NCBI GenBank assembly: GCA_021847645.1
Contig: JAJZQG010000003.1
Location: 26,775 to 90,774, forward strand
Source: Myxococcales bacterium
GTDB lineage: Bacteria; Myxococcota_A; Polyangia; Polyangiales; Polyangiaceae
Length of the DNA stretch: 64,000 bases
Reading direction: 5' to 3'
A program made the translations under genes and the position numbers. The notes under the pieces were generated by a model that had not been told where the DNA came from, did not search any database, and saw only the letters and a program-made list of their open reading frames with translations. The number at the start of each line of letters is the position of its first letter. The stretch's first letter is position 1. This document shows positions 50,599 to 61,600 of this stretch, piece after piece.

Positions 50599-51990
50599 GT
50601 GATCGACGCGCGGCACGAACCTGGCACCGTCGCGCTGCAGGAGGTCATCATGCAGCTGGCGACGACGTCACCTGGCACCGGACAAGATGCAGGGGGATTG
50701 CGCGCGGACGATTGGCGGGCGGGGCGCCCGGCGGAGGATCCGGAGAAGATCAAGCGTTGGGGCGTGGTCACGGCCAAGCCCTCCGAGTACCTGGTGCACG
50801 TGCGTCGCGGGCGCGTTCTGGCGCGCAGCTCGGGGCAGGGGGCGAGCTGCTTCAAGTGGCCTTGGGATGCCGTGGCGGTGGTGCCGACTTCGCTGCAGCG
50901 GCTGAGCTTCCGCGCAGACCAGGTCACGGCCGAGAAGGTGGGCGTGGAGGTGGTCGGTCTGGCGGTCTACCGCATCGCGGAGCCGCTGCTGGCTTATCGC
51001 GTATTGAACTTCAGCTATCCGGAGCGGGCGCAGCAGAAGCTCGAGGAGACACTCTGCAGCATGTTCGTGGGCGCGGCACGTCGGCTGATTGCGAACCTGA
51101 GCGTGCAGGACTGCCTGCAGAAGCGCAAGCACGCCATTGCCGAGGAGCTGCTGCACGAGATCGCGCCCGTGGTGGGCGGCAGCGGGCGCGTGGACGACAC
51201 GACGGTGCAGGGCTGGGGCGTGGTGATCGACACGATCGAGATCCAGGAAGTGCGGGTGTTGTCCGAGACGGTGTTTCAATCGATGCAGGCGCCCTTTCGG
51301 GCCGAGCTGGAGCGCCAGGCCAGGGAAGCGCGCGCGCTGGCCGATCAGAAGGTGACCACGAGGGAAGCGTCCTGCCGTCGGGAGACGGCGGAAGCGCAGA
51401 TCACGGCGGAGGAAGCGATTCGGGAGCGGCGCGCGCTGGCCGCGCGGGCCGCGGCGGAGCAACAGGCGGGCGACGCGAGGCGGGCGTCGGAGCTGGAGGC
51501 GGAGCGGGAGCGTGCGCGGATCGCGGCCGAGACGCTAGTGCAGGAGCACACGGCGCAGGCCGAGCTCGCGCGGCACGAGGCGCGCAGCAAGGCGGCGCTG
51601 CGTCGCATCGCGCTCGAGGTGGAAGAAGCCCAAGCCGAGCGAGCCGCCCTCGAGCTCAGGCTCGGCGCCCAGGAAGCGCGTGCGGCCATGGCGCGCGCCG
51701 AGGCGCTGTTGCGAGCGGAGCTGGACGCCACGAGCGTGCAGTCGGAGCTGGTGCGGGGGCGGGCGGAAGCGGCGGTGCAACTCGAGCTTTCGCAAGTAGA
51801 GAAGGCTCGCGCGGAGGCCCACGCGCGCCGGGTGTTGGCGGAGCGCCTTCCGGATCTGGCCGGTGCGGTCGGCCAGCGCATCGGGGAGGTGCGCATCACG
51901 CAGCTGGGAACCCACGGCAATCCATTCGAATCGATCGTGCAGGCCATCGGCGCGGTCGTGGAGCTGGCTCGCGCAGCGTCGTCGGAGTAG
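50599..51990 (+). CDS. SPFH/band-7 (flotillin-like) protein with long coiled-coil
   Basis: PHB domain (GVVTAKPSEYLVHVRRG...) followed by an Ala/Glu/Arg-rich coiled-coil. Confidence 0.75.
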   Translation: MIDARHEPGTVALQEVIMQLATTSPGTGQDAGGLRADDWRAGRPAEDPEKIKRWGVVTAKPSEYLVHVRRGRVLARSSGQGASCFKWPWDAVAVVPTSLQRLSFRADQVTAEKVGVEVVGLAVYRIAEPLLAYRVLNFSYPERAQQKLEETLCSMFVGAARRLIANLSVQDCLQKRKHAIAEELLHEIAPVVGGSGRVDDTTVQGWGVVIDTIEIQEVRVLSETVFQSMQAPFRAELERQAREARALADQKVTTREASCRRETAEAQITAEEAIRERRALAARAAAEQQAGDARRASELEAERERARIAAETLVQEHTAQAELARHEARSKAALRRIALEVEEAQAERAALELRLGAQEARAAMARAEALLRAELDATSVQSELVRGRAEAAVQLELSQVEKARAEAHARRVLAERLPDLAGAVGQRIGEVRITQLGTHGNPFESIVQAIGAVVELARAASSE

Positions 51991-52012
51991 CGCAGCGCCC
52001 GGGCTTGGAGCG

Positions 52013-53239
52013 TCAGGGCGCGGGGGCTCCGGCGTCGCCCTTTTCGAGCTCCTGGAGCTCTTCGAGATTCGCCTTGGCGCGCGGGTCCTGTGGATCGAGC
52101 TGCTGGGCTTTTTCTAGCGCCTTTCGGGCCTCCGCGAGATTGCCGCGTTGCGCGAGCGCGGTGCCCAGGTTCAGCCACGCATCGACCAGCTTCGCGTCGA
52201 GCTCGATGGTCCGGTGGTACTCGGCTATGGCATCGTCGAGCTTTCCCTGCTGCTGGAGCACATAGCCCAGATTCGATCGATAGGACGCCTGCGACGGCGC
52301 CAGCGCCACGGCGCGCTGCAGAAGGGGCAGGGCCCGCGTCAGCTCGTGCATCGTAGCCAGGGCGGTGCCCAGGTCGTTGAGCGTGCCCGGATCGTCGGGA
52401 GACAGCCGCAAGGCTTTCTCGAAGGCTTGAACGGCGTCGGCGAGGCGATGGCGCAGCACGAGCGCCGTGCCGAGATTGCGCTGGCGTGCGGCGCTCGACG
52501 GGTCGAGCTCGGCCGCACGGCTCAAGGCCTGCAGGCCGTCGTCCGCGTAGCCGGTCGCGATGCAGGCGACACCGAGGGCGGATTGCGCTTCAGGGTCGTT
52601 GGGGGTGAGCGCGACGGCCTTGCGCAGGGCGACGATGGCGGGCTGCGCATGCCCGAGAATCAGCTGGACGCGACCGAGCTCGAGGCTCGCCGGTGCGTAT
52701 GCGGGATCGAGCTTCACCGCGCGCTGCAGGTCCTTGAGTGTGCGGCGCAGGCTCGGATCGTCGGGAGACGACGCATACTGCAGAGAGGAATTGCTACGTG
52801 CGATATCGACGCGCGCGAGTCCGACGAGCGGGGCGGGATCGCGCGGGGCGAGGCGAGCGGCCTTCTGATACGCACGTTTGGCGGCGTCGAGCTGGTCGGC
52901 GTCGAGGGCGGCGTCGCCTTGGGCCAGGGCCTGATCCGCGGGGGAGCCGTCGCCGCGCGCGAGGTGCGGGGGTGGCGAAGGAGGCGGCGGCACGGAGGCA
53001 GACGGGGGAGCGGAGCTGGACGGGTCGACCGGGGGCGCCGGGACCGCAGAAGCGCTCGCGGAAGCGGATGCGACGAAGAGCCCCGGAGCCGGCACGGAGC
53101 GCACGGGCTCGCGCGGTGCGGAGGGCGCCGGTGCGGAGGACGCGCAGCCCGGGGAGCCGGCCAGGCACGCGACACCAACGGCCGCGGCGAGGCACAGGCC
53201 GGCGGCGAGGGCAGCCTCTCTACTCCTTTTTCTCCTCAC
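52013..53239 (-). CDS. tetratricopeptide-repeat lipoprotein
   Basis: Lipobox, Pro/Ser-rich linker, then about 8 TPR units (AxxxYxKAxxLxP...). Confidence 0.75.
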   Translation of the reverse strand: MRRKRSREAALAAGLCLAAAVGVACLAGSPGCASSAPAPSAPREPVRSVPAPGLFVASASASASAVPAPPVDPSSSAPPSASVPPPPSPPPHLARGDGSPADQALAQGDAALDADQLDAAKRAYQKAARLAPRDPAPLVGLARVDIARSNSSLQYASSPDDPSLRRTLKDLQRAVKLDPAYAPASLELGRVQLILGHAQPAIVALRKAVALTPNDPEAQSALGVACIATGYADDGLQALSRAAELDPSSAARQRNLGTALVLRHRLADAVQAFEKALRLSPDDPGTLNDLGTALATMHELTRALPLLQRAVALAPSQASYRSNLGYVLQQQGKLDDAIAEYHRTIELDAKLVDAWLNLGTALAQRGNLAEARKALEKAQQLDPQDPRAKANLEELQELEKGDAGAPAP

Positions 53240-54792
53240 GGATTTCCTCGGAGGTGTGCTCCTTGCCGTCGTAGCGGAGCATTACCGGCCTGGATTCGGT
53301 GATGGTCTTGATGACGACGGGGCGCTTCCAGATACGGAAGAGAGCCTTGAGCGCCTCTCTGGCGTAGTCGACGCGCAGGTCGAGCCCCTGGTGGTCGTGC
53401 TCGAGCAGCAGCTCGGAGCGGTTGCCGTGGTTGGCGTCGACCACATAGATGAACGGGCTGCCGAAGTTGGTGAGCTGGGAGAGGAGCTTGGTCTTGATGG
53501 ACTCGAACTGGCGCGTTTCGATTTCGAAGCGGCCGTTGCGCTCGACCCATGCGTAGGTGAACATCTTCTGCTCGACGGCGAACTCGGGAGTGAGGAACTC
53601 GTCGATGAAGGTCACGTCGGTATACAGCTGGCGGACCTGGAAGACCTTCTGGCGGCCGAGGCCCAGGCGCATGTTCCAATGGCGTTTGACCTCGAGGTCG
53701 TCGCACTCCTCCCAGTCCTTTCCGAACTGGCCCTTGTTCCAGCGCTCCTCGATATTGCGATAGAGCTCGACGCCCAGCTTGTAGGGATTGAGACGGCCCC
53801 CGGAGGTGGCGAGAACGCCCGCGGCGTTGTCCGCGTAGTCGATAATCTCGGAAGCGTCGAGCACCTTCTCGGTCATGATCTTGGAGTGCCAATAGGTGGC
53901 CCACCCCTCGTTCATGATCTTGGTCTGCATCTGGGGAATGAAGTAGTAGGCCTCGTCGCGGATGACCTCGAGCACGTCGTGCTCCCAGTTGGCCAGGGGC
54001 GCGTTCTCCAGGAGGAACTGCAGTACGTCGCGGGCGGGGTGCTCGGGGAAACGACGTTTCTTGGCGCGCTGCTCCTCGAGCTTCTTCTTCTGCTCCTCGA
54101 GATACTCCTCGGGGTTGATGAAGGAGTCCATGTACTCCTTGGCGCGCAGCCGGGGCACCTCGACGGTCTCGGGGTTGTCGTCGTTGGTGCGCATCTTGGG
54201 CTCGGCGCCGGAGAAGGGACGCCAGGGGTCGACGAGGTTGTCGAGGCACAGGCAGGTGTCGATGAACTCCTCGATGCGATTGATGCCGAAGCGCTCGATG
54301 TGGCGGCGCAGGCGCGAGCCGTGGTTTGCCATCTTGTCGATCCAACGGCGATTGGGCTCGTAGGGGTGGCGCACGCGCATCGGATCGGTGATGCGGCCGG
54401 AGGCGTCGAGGTCGGTCGCGCGGAAGGAGAAGTTGTGCTTGAAGAAGTCGACATGGGCGAAGACGTGGGCCATGACGAGCTTCTGGTCGGTCAGGGAGTT
54501 GCCTTCGAGCAGATAGGCGTACGAGGGGGTGTTGTTGATGACCATCTCGTAGATCTTCGACAGGCCGTACTCGTTGCTCTTGGCGAGCTGCTCGTACTCC
54601 ATGCCGAAGCGCCAGTGGGGATAGCGCGTGGGGAATCCCCCGTAGGCGGCGATCTCGTTCATCTGCTGGTAGTTGAGGATCTCGAAGATCGTGGGGAACG
54701 GATCGAGGCCGAAGCCTCGCGCGATCTTCTCGATGCGGTCCTGCTCTTTGCGCAGGTAGCTGGGGAGCTGGGTCTTGAGGGCGAACTGGCTC
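53220..54792 (-). CDS. spoVR: SpoVR-family protein
   Basis: [40 protein letters not shown]...[13 protein letters not shown]. Confidence 0.85.
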
Positions 54793-54805
54793 ATCGTGCG
54801 GTGCC

Positions 54806-55918
<1,113 letters not shown>

Positions 55919-56016
55919 CTCGATGCGCAGTCTAGCGGACGGTTCGGGCACGGTCGAGCACGACTCGCCGAGCGGTCCGGTCGTCTCGGGACGCCCTTGA
56001 GCCCGCGAGGTCACCG

Positions 56017-57048
56017 TTGTCACGCTTCAGCTCCGAACATGTTCTCGATGTCGCACTGCACCGCGGCGCAAACGCACGCTCGCGCACGGCGCGCGGCGCA
56101 GCGTTGTGGACGCTGGTGATCGCGCTGGCGAACGGCTGCTCGAAGTCGAGCGGCACCACGGACGCTGGCACGGCTTCCGCCCCCGACAAATCTGTCGCGC
56201 CGGCTGCCTCGGCCGTCCTTGCGACGTCCCCGGCCTCCTCGTCTGCGCCTGCCGCGGCTGCATCCTCCGGCCCGGCCGACGACCAGGCCCTGTGCCCCGA
56301 AGAGATGGTCTTCATCCCGGGCCCCAAGCCCTTCTGCATCGATCGATGGGAAGACATCCTGGTCGACCGCTCCACGGGCAACCGCCTTTCCCCTTACTAT
56401 CCGGTCGATCGCAAGCTGGCGATGCGTCTGGCCTCGGACTGGGAGACCAAGCGCAGCACGCTGGGCACCGACGAGGGCAAGGCCATTGCGGTTCCGCCGC
56501 TGTCGGCGTGGCAGCGCGGCACGGACGCCGACCCGATGGCGGTCTCGAAGCCGGGCGAGACGCCCAACGGGTACGTCTCGGGCAAGGTGGCGCAGCGCGC
56601 GTGTGAGAACGCGGGCAAGCGGCTGTGCAAGCAGGACGAGTGGGTGCGCGCGTGCCGGGGCAGCGAGAAGCGGCAGTTTCCGTACGGGGACAAGCACGAG
56701 CAAGGCAAGTGCAACATGTTCCGCTTCACGCATCCGGGCGCGGTGCTGCACAACGACGTGACGACGGGCCACCTGGATCCGCGCATGAACCTGGTGTCGG
56801 ACAAGCAGGGGCCGCTGCTTCACAAGACGGGAGAGACGCGCACCTGCCGAAGCGACTGGGGCCAGGACGGCGTGTTCGACATGGTGGGGAATCTGGACGA
56901 GTGGATCGACGACCCGGAGGGGACGTTCCTGGGTGGGTTCTATTCGCGGTCGAAGAAGGACGGGTGCTCCTCGATCGTGAAGAACCACCCGTTCGAGTAC
57001 TTCGACTACTCGCTCGGGGTGCGCTGTTGCCGCGACGCGGGCAAGTGA
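56017..57048 (+). CDS. formylglycine-generating-enzyme (FGE-sulfatase/SUMF1) domain lipoprotein
   Basis: Probable TTG start. Lipobox LANGC. The C-terminus [12 protein letters not shown]...GGFYSRS...[11 protein letters not shown] is typical of the FGE-sulfatase fold. Confidence 0.7.
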   Translation: MSRFSSEHVLDVALHRGANARSRTARGAALWTLVIALANGCSKSSGTTDAGTASAPDKSVAPAASAVLATSPASSSAPAAAASSGPADDQALCPEEMVFIPGPKPFCIDRWEDILVDRSTGNRLSPYYPVDRKLAMRLASDWETKRSTLGTDEGKAIAVPPLSAWQRGTDADPMAVSKPGETPNGYVSGKVAQRACENAGKRLCKQDEWVRACRGSEKRQFPYGDKHEQGKCNMFRFTHPGAVLHNDVTTGHLDPRMNLVSDKQGPLLHKTGETRTCRSDWGQDGVFDMVGNLDEWIDDPEGTFLGGFYSRSKKDGCSSIVKNHPFEYFDYSLGVRCCRDAGK

Positions 57049-57346
57049 CGGGAGCGGCGCGCCAGGACGATCAGAGCATCTCCATCCGATAGCTGAATCA
57101 TCAGCCCATCCTGCAAAGGTGTCCGCAACACCTGCACGGACTCGAGGGACGTGCCGCAAGCGCAACCGCGAAGAGTGGCACTTTCGCGGGCCGCCCAGCG
57201 CTCGCTGCGCGCAGCGGGGCGTAGTTGATTCGCGAGTAGGCGCTGATCGCTCGCCGGCGCCTCCCCCAATTGCTCCACCGGCCTCGAGGCCACCTACGTG
57301 AAGGTCAACCACCACGATCCGTGTCGTGGTGCGCAATCGACGGTGT

Positions 57347-57620
57347 TCAGCTTACGGTCGTCTCCGGGGAAGGCTTACCGCGCAGTCGTCGGCTCGCGTC
57401 GACGAAGGTCTGCCGCATCGCTTCTACCAGCGACGGTGGCTTCTTGCGGACTTCGGAGCGCACGATGCTTTGCATGGCCTCGCGACTGTGTGCGCCCGCC
57501 CACGTCTTGGAGCACCCGGAGACCTTGCGGGCCACGACTCCCGGACGGACCTCGCGCTCGGCCGAACGATTCGTTATCGGAACCGATGGAGCCTGCAGGT
57601 ACCGAAACAGGTCGCCCCGG
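57347..57620 (-). mobile_element. IS66-family transposase C-terminal remnant
   Basis: GDLFRYLQAPSVPITNRSAEREVRPGVVARKVSGCSK resembles the IS66 TnpC motif ...dNNaAERalRPvaiGRKNyLF.... The upstream part of the ORF is not transposase-like. Confidence 0.45.
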
Positions 57621-57731
57621 CGATTGAAGCGGCTTCTTGCGCTGGAGAGCAACCCGCGGCCGCGCCGCGAGGCCGCACCGCTGCATCGCGTACGCCCCGT
57701 TCGCCAACTCCGCGCTCGGGGGAAGGCAGGA

Positions 57732-58477
57732 TCACCCGGGAGCAGTCGCGCCGAGCGCCGCTCTGAGCTTCTCGAGGCGACTCGGCCCCGGCGCGTTCGG
57801 CATGAACTGGTCCAGCATCTCGTATTCGGCCAACCCACGAGCCTGCCTCTGGATGTGCTCGGCTGCACGCTCGGAGTCGTCTTGAGCCAGCGCTTCGTCG
57901 CCCACAGCGAGGCAGGCTTCCGCGGCACACAAGACCAACGGCAGCTCGGCAAAACCACCCTTTCGCATTGCATCCAGGTCCGCCATGGCTCGTTGGGCCA
58001 CTCGATGGGCCTCCTGCACGCGCCTTTGCAGCCCGAGCGCTTCGGCCAGGTGCGACAGCATCAGGAGGCGCCGCACCGGTGTGTGCTGCGACAGCGCAAC
58101 GGCCCTTTGAGCTTGCTCTTCCGCTTCTGACAATCTCCCCGCGGCCGCATGGGTCCGCGACAAAACATCGCGCGTCATCGCTTCGTACCCGGGCGTGCTT
58201 CCGGGAGTCGCCAGCCGCGCAGCGCGAGCGCCAGGCTGTCCGCCTCGTCTCGCGGGTCCTTGTCGGCTCTGTCGGCCAGGATGTTCGCCAGCGCAAGCTG
58301 GGCATGCGAGGTGAGCCGTGCGCTTCCAACCTCTTCTGCCAGGGCAAGCCCCGCGCGAACGGTGCATTCGGCCCGCTCGAACCGACATCGATGTCGTCGT
58401 CCGGCGGTACGCGCCCTGGCGGCTAGGCTGGAATCGCGCCTCACGACACAGATGGAGTCCTGGTGACGCGCGGCCAC
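57732..58477 (-). pseudogene. frameshifted C-terminal TPR-like fragment (resembles the C-terminal TPR region of myxobacterial regulatory kinases)
   Basis: Two overlapping minus-strand ORFs in different frames (57732..58388 and 58175..58477) both encode TPR-like helices. No N-terminal domain is present. Confidence 0.35.
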
Positions 58478-58500
58478 TGGCAGGCTGATCGGCCGCGGCG

Positions 58501-58640
58501 TCCCGTTCAGACGGGGTCGTTCCCGTTCAGACGGGGTCGTTCCCGTTCAGACGGGGTCGTTCCCGTTCAGACGGGGTCGTTCCCGTTCAGACGGGGTCGT
58601 TCCCGTTCAGACGGGGTCGTTCCCGTTCAGACGGGTTGGA
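58501..58640. repeat. tandem direct repeat, 20-bp unit TCCCGTTCAGACGGGGTCGT x about 6.75
   Basis: Seen directly. Each unit contains the short palindrome CCCGT-TCAG-ACGGG. There are no spacers. Confidence 0.9.
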
Positions 58641-58650
58641 TCCGGAGAGA

Positions 58651-58810
58651 ACGTTCCTGCGAGGGTTCCATTGCTCTGCGGGAACCCCCCGGCTTTGTCG
58701 AGGGTCGGTGACTCGCGGGCGATGAACGACGGGTGTTCTTCCATCGCAGAGAATCACCCGTTCGAGTACTTCGACGACGCGCTCGGGGGGCGCCGTTCCC
58801 GCGATGCGGG
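58651..58810 (+). pseudogene. diverged duplicate of the 3' end of the FGE-domain gene (about 85% identity to 56921-57065)
   Basis: ...[29 protein letters not shown] versus the original ...[29 protein letters not shown]. The downstream ggcgc(g/a)ccaggacgatcaga is also shared. The stop is mutated (TGA to TGG). Confidence 0.5.
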
Positions 58811-59068
58811 CAAGTGGCAAGATCGGCGCACCAGGACGATCAGACTCACGAGGATCACCACGGTGCCGAGCACACCGAGGGCCAGGCCGACTGCGCTGAA
58901 GTTCATCGCTTCGGAGATTCCTTCGGCCAGCAGGCGGGCCTTCTGCGACGGCTCGACGCTGGCGACCTGGCCGAACGCGCGTTGCAGGTAGATGGCAGTG
59001 GCCGTGAAGCCGAGCAGCGGTCCGAGCAGCAGGGCCGACGCTCCGGTCAGCAGGCCGAGCCACGGCAC
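58754..59068 (-). pseudogene. truncated MotA/TolQ/ExbB-family C-terminal fragment
   Basis: ...ARLLAEGISEAMNFSAVGLALGVLGTVVILVSLIV matches the TM3 region of the family. The N-terminal half is absent and the 3' end runs antisense into the FGE fragment. Confidence 0.4.
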
Positions 59069-59306
59069 CTTGAGTGCGCGATCGGCGGTGGCGTCGGTCC
59101 CGGCAGGGCAGGCGGGGAGTGCATTGGCCGGAATGGCCGAAGCCAGGGGCCGGACTGGCCATCGAAATCACGGACGGGCGAGGTCGTCGCCGCGTTCCGG
59201 GTAAGGGTTCGTGCGATCGGTCGAACGCAACGGTTGCGTCGGGCCGGTGCCGGCGTATCATCGCGCAGAAGAAAGTAAGAAGTTGCGCTGACAAGGAGCT
59301 GCTGCC

Positions 59307-60497
59307 GTGAGCCATCGGTCGAGGACGCTTCAGGTAGGTATCTCGCTGTTCTTCGGTGTCGTTGCGACGGCGCCGCTGGGGTGCGGGAGCAGCGGACAGG
59401 ATGGACCTGCCGCGGCGAGCGGCGGGGTTGGGGGAGGCGGCGGTGCGGCCATGGGCGGCGGTGCTGGCAGCGCGGGCGCGGCAGGCGGGGGCGGAGCGGA
59501 CGGCGGAGCGGACGGCGGCGCGGCGGGCATGGCGGGCATGGGGGGTACGGGCGGAGCGGACGGCGGCGCTGCGGGCACGAGCGGAGCTGGAGGTTCGGGC
59601 GGTTCGGAGGCGATCGTCGACCCGGCGCTCGACGGGCCCTTCACCACGGCCGAGTTGGACGCGAATACCACCGTGGCGTCGACCGGCCACGCGGTGCCGA
59701 TTCACTGCGTGGTTCCCACGGGAGGTCCGGGCGCCGGTCCGTACCCGATCGTGGTCTTCGCGCATGGGTTCCAGATTCCCGCGTCGCAGTACTACGGATA
59801 CATCCGCAAGCTCGGGGGCTTCGGCTACGTGGCACTGACGGCGGACTTTCCGGCCGGGCTGCTCAGCGTCGACAACGTGGCGAACGCCAAGGATCTGCTC
59901 GGTGCGTTGGATTGGGCCATCGCGCAATCCGCGGACGGGGGCAGCCCCCTATCGGGCAAGGTCGACCCGGCGCTGGTGGGCATGAGCGGCCATTCGCTGG
60001 GAGGCAAGCTGTCGCTGCTCGCGGCCACTCTCGACCCGCGGGTCAAGGCCAGCATCACGCTCGATCCGGTCGACACCTCGGCCCAAGGCTGCGCACCCGC
60101 GAATTGCCCGGACGTGAGCGCGTCGATGTCCTCGCTCGCCATCCCGACCGCGTTCGTCGGGGAGACGACCGACGCGACGGGGACGTTCCAGGCGTGCGCG
60201 CCCGCTGCGGACAACTATGCGACGTTCTACGCCAACGCCAAGCCGCCCTCCCTGGAGGTGACCGTGCAGGGCGCCAATCACATGAGTTTTGTCGACGACC
60301 CGGTGAGCTGCGGGCTGGTGTGCTCGTTGTGCAAGCCGGCGACCGCGCCGCACGACCAGGTCATCGGCCTGTCCTATGCGTATGTCGTGGCGTTCTATGA
60401 GCGCTACCTCCGCGGCCAGGCCGGCTACGACGACTATCTGACAGGGCCGACGGCCCAGGCGAGATACGCGGGGCTGGCGGCCATCGAATCGAAGTAG
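59307..60497 (+). CDS. alpha/beta-hydrolase lipoprotein (chlorophyllase/dienelactone-hydrolase/PETase-like) with Gly/Ala-rich linker
   Basis: Lipobox APLGC; (GGA)n linker; nucleophile elbow GMSGHSLGG; Cys-rich C-terminal half. Confidence 0.7.
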   Translation: MSHRSRTLQVGISLFFGVVATAPLGCGSSGQDGPAAASGGVGGGGGAAMGGGAGSAGAAGGGGADGGADGGAAGMAGMGGTGGADGGAAGTSGAGGSGGSEAIVDPALDGPFTTAELDANTTVASTGHAVPIHCVVPTGGPGAGPYPIVVFAHGFQIPASQYYGYIRKLGGFGYVALTADFPAGLLSVDNVANAKDLLGALDWAIAQSADGGSPLSGKVDPALVGMSGHSLGGKLSLLAATLDPRVKASITLDPVDTSAQGCAPANCPDVSASMSSLAIPTAFVGETTDATGTFQACAPAADNYATFYANAKPPSLEVTVQGANHMSFVDDPVSCGLVCSLCKPATAPHDQVIGLSYAYVVAFYERYLRGQAGYDDYLTGPTAQARYAGLAAIESK

Positions 60498-60509
60498 GGA
60501 CGGCGCGGG

Positions 60510-61592
60510 CTACAGCACGCCTGCCGCGGCCTTGTCCAACAGGCCGTCGAGGGCGCGGAACAGGTCGGTGTTGCCGTCCTGCGCGTAGGACGACAGATTC
60601 TTCTCGTAGGTGGGCAGGCTCTCGAGGAAGCGATGGATCGTGGCCGGATCGTTCAGGTCGTCGGCCGCAAGCCCGTAGCCGACGTGCTGCAGGTAGCGGG
60701 CATTGAGGATCTGCTCGAACTGCCGCGCGAGGGGAACGGCGAGCATGGGCTTGCGCAGGTAGACGGCCTCTCCCATGAGGGTGAATCCGCCGCCTGCGAT
60801 GACGCCCCGGGCCGTGGCGAGGTCCTGCACGAAGCGGGCTTCGCTGAAGGGTCGGTAGCGCAGATTGCCTTCGACCTGGTCTTGCTCGAGCGAGCGGCGC
60901 ATGCCGTAGATGCGGTATTCCAGACCGGTCTTCTTCAACGTCTGAACCAGCGAGTCATAGCCCTCTCCGGTCTGGTAGACGAGGATGTGCTCGCCGCTCT
61001 GGGGTTTGGTCGAGAGGATCTCGGGCCGCAGGATGGGCGGGTGCAGCGACGTTCTGTCCTTGCGCACCTGGGGCCGGAAGAACGTGCTGATCAGGTAGTG
61101 CTCGCAGAACGGCAGCTTGCTCTTGACGAAGGTCTTGGCGACCATGAAGTCGTCTTCCACGCCCTGGATGATCTCGTCGGGCAGCTTGCAGCGATTGATG
61201 ATCTGCATGTTGTCGATCGAGATGATGGGCAACCGGTGCAGTTGGCCGTACAGGTAGGTCCAGGACTCGAAGTCGCTGATGACGACGCGCGGGTCGAGCT
61301 CCTCGATGAGCTTGAAGTAGGCCAGGACGTTCTGGGGGACGCCGGTGAGGCCGGTGAGCACGTTGGACCACAGGGTCTTGCCCCGTCGCACGCGGTTGTC
61401 CTCGTAGATCATGTGCAGGCCGTGGATGCGGTTGACGTCCTGCGCGCCGTAGCGCTTCGTGAGGAAGTCGTAGGCGCGGCTGGAGGCCATGATTTCGACC
61501 TGGTGGTTCTGCGAGAGCAGGTAGTCGATGACGACGCGCGAGCGGATCGCGTGGCCCATCCCTTCCCCGACTACGCCATAGAGTATCTTCAT
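60510..61592 (-). CDS. glycosyltransferase (GT-B, MJ1255/UDP-glucuronosyltransferase-like family)
   Basis: MKILYGVVGEGMGHAIRSRVVIDYL... ...GGFTLMGEAVYLRKPMLAVP. Confidence 0.7.
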   Translation of the reverse strand: MKILYGVVGEGMGHAIRSRVVIDYLLSQNHQVEIMASSRAYDFLTKRYGAQDVNRIHGLHMIYEDNRVRRGKTLWSNVLTGLTGVPQNVLAYFKLIEELDPRVVISDFESWTYLYGQLHRLPIISIDNMQIINRCKLPDEIIQGVEDDFMVAKTFVKSKLPFCEHYLISTFFRPQVRKDRTSLHPPILRPEILSTKPQSGEHILVYQTGEGYDSLVQTLKKTGLEYRIYGMRRSLEQDQVEGNLRYRPFSEARFVQDLATARGVIAGGGFTLMGEAVYLRKPMLAVPLARQFEQILNARYLQHVGYGLAADDLNDPATIHRFLESLPTYEKNLSSYAQDGNTDLFRALDGLLDKAAAGVL

Positions 61593-61600
61593 GGCCGCGA

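Noticed and set aside
56020-57336. 438-aa minus-strand ORF in the position where prkA would be expected
   Set aside because: It is antisense to the FGE-domain gene, Arg/Gly/Ala-rich and not PrkA-like.
58501-58640. possible CRISPR array
   Set aside because: The repeats are contiguous, with no spacers and only 20-bp units. It is a simple tandem repeat.
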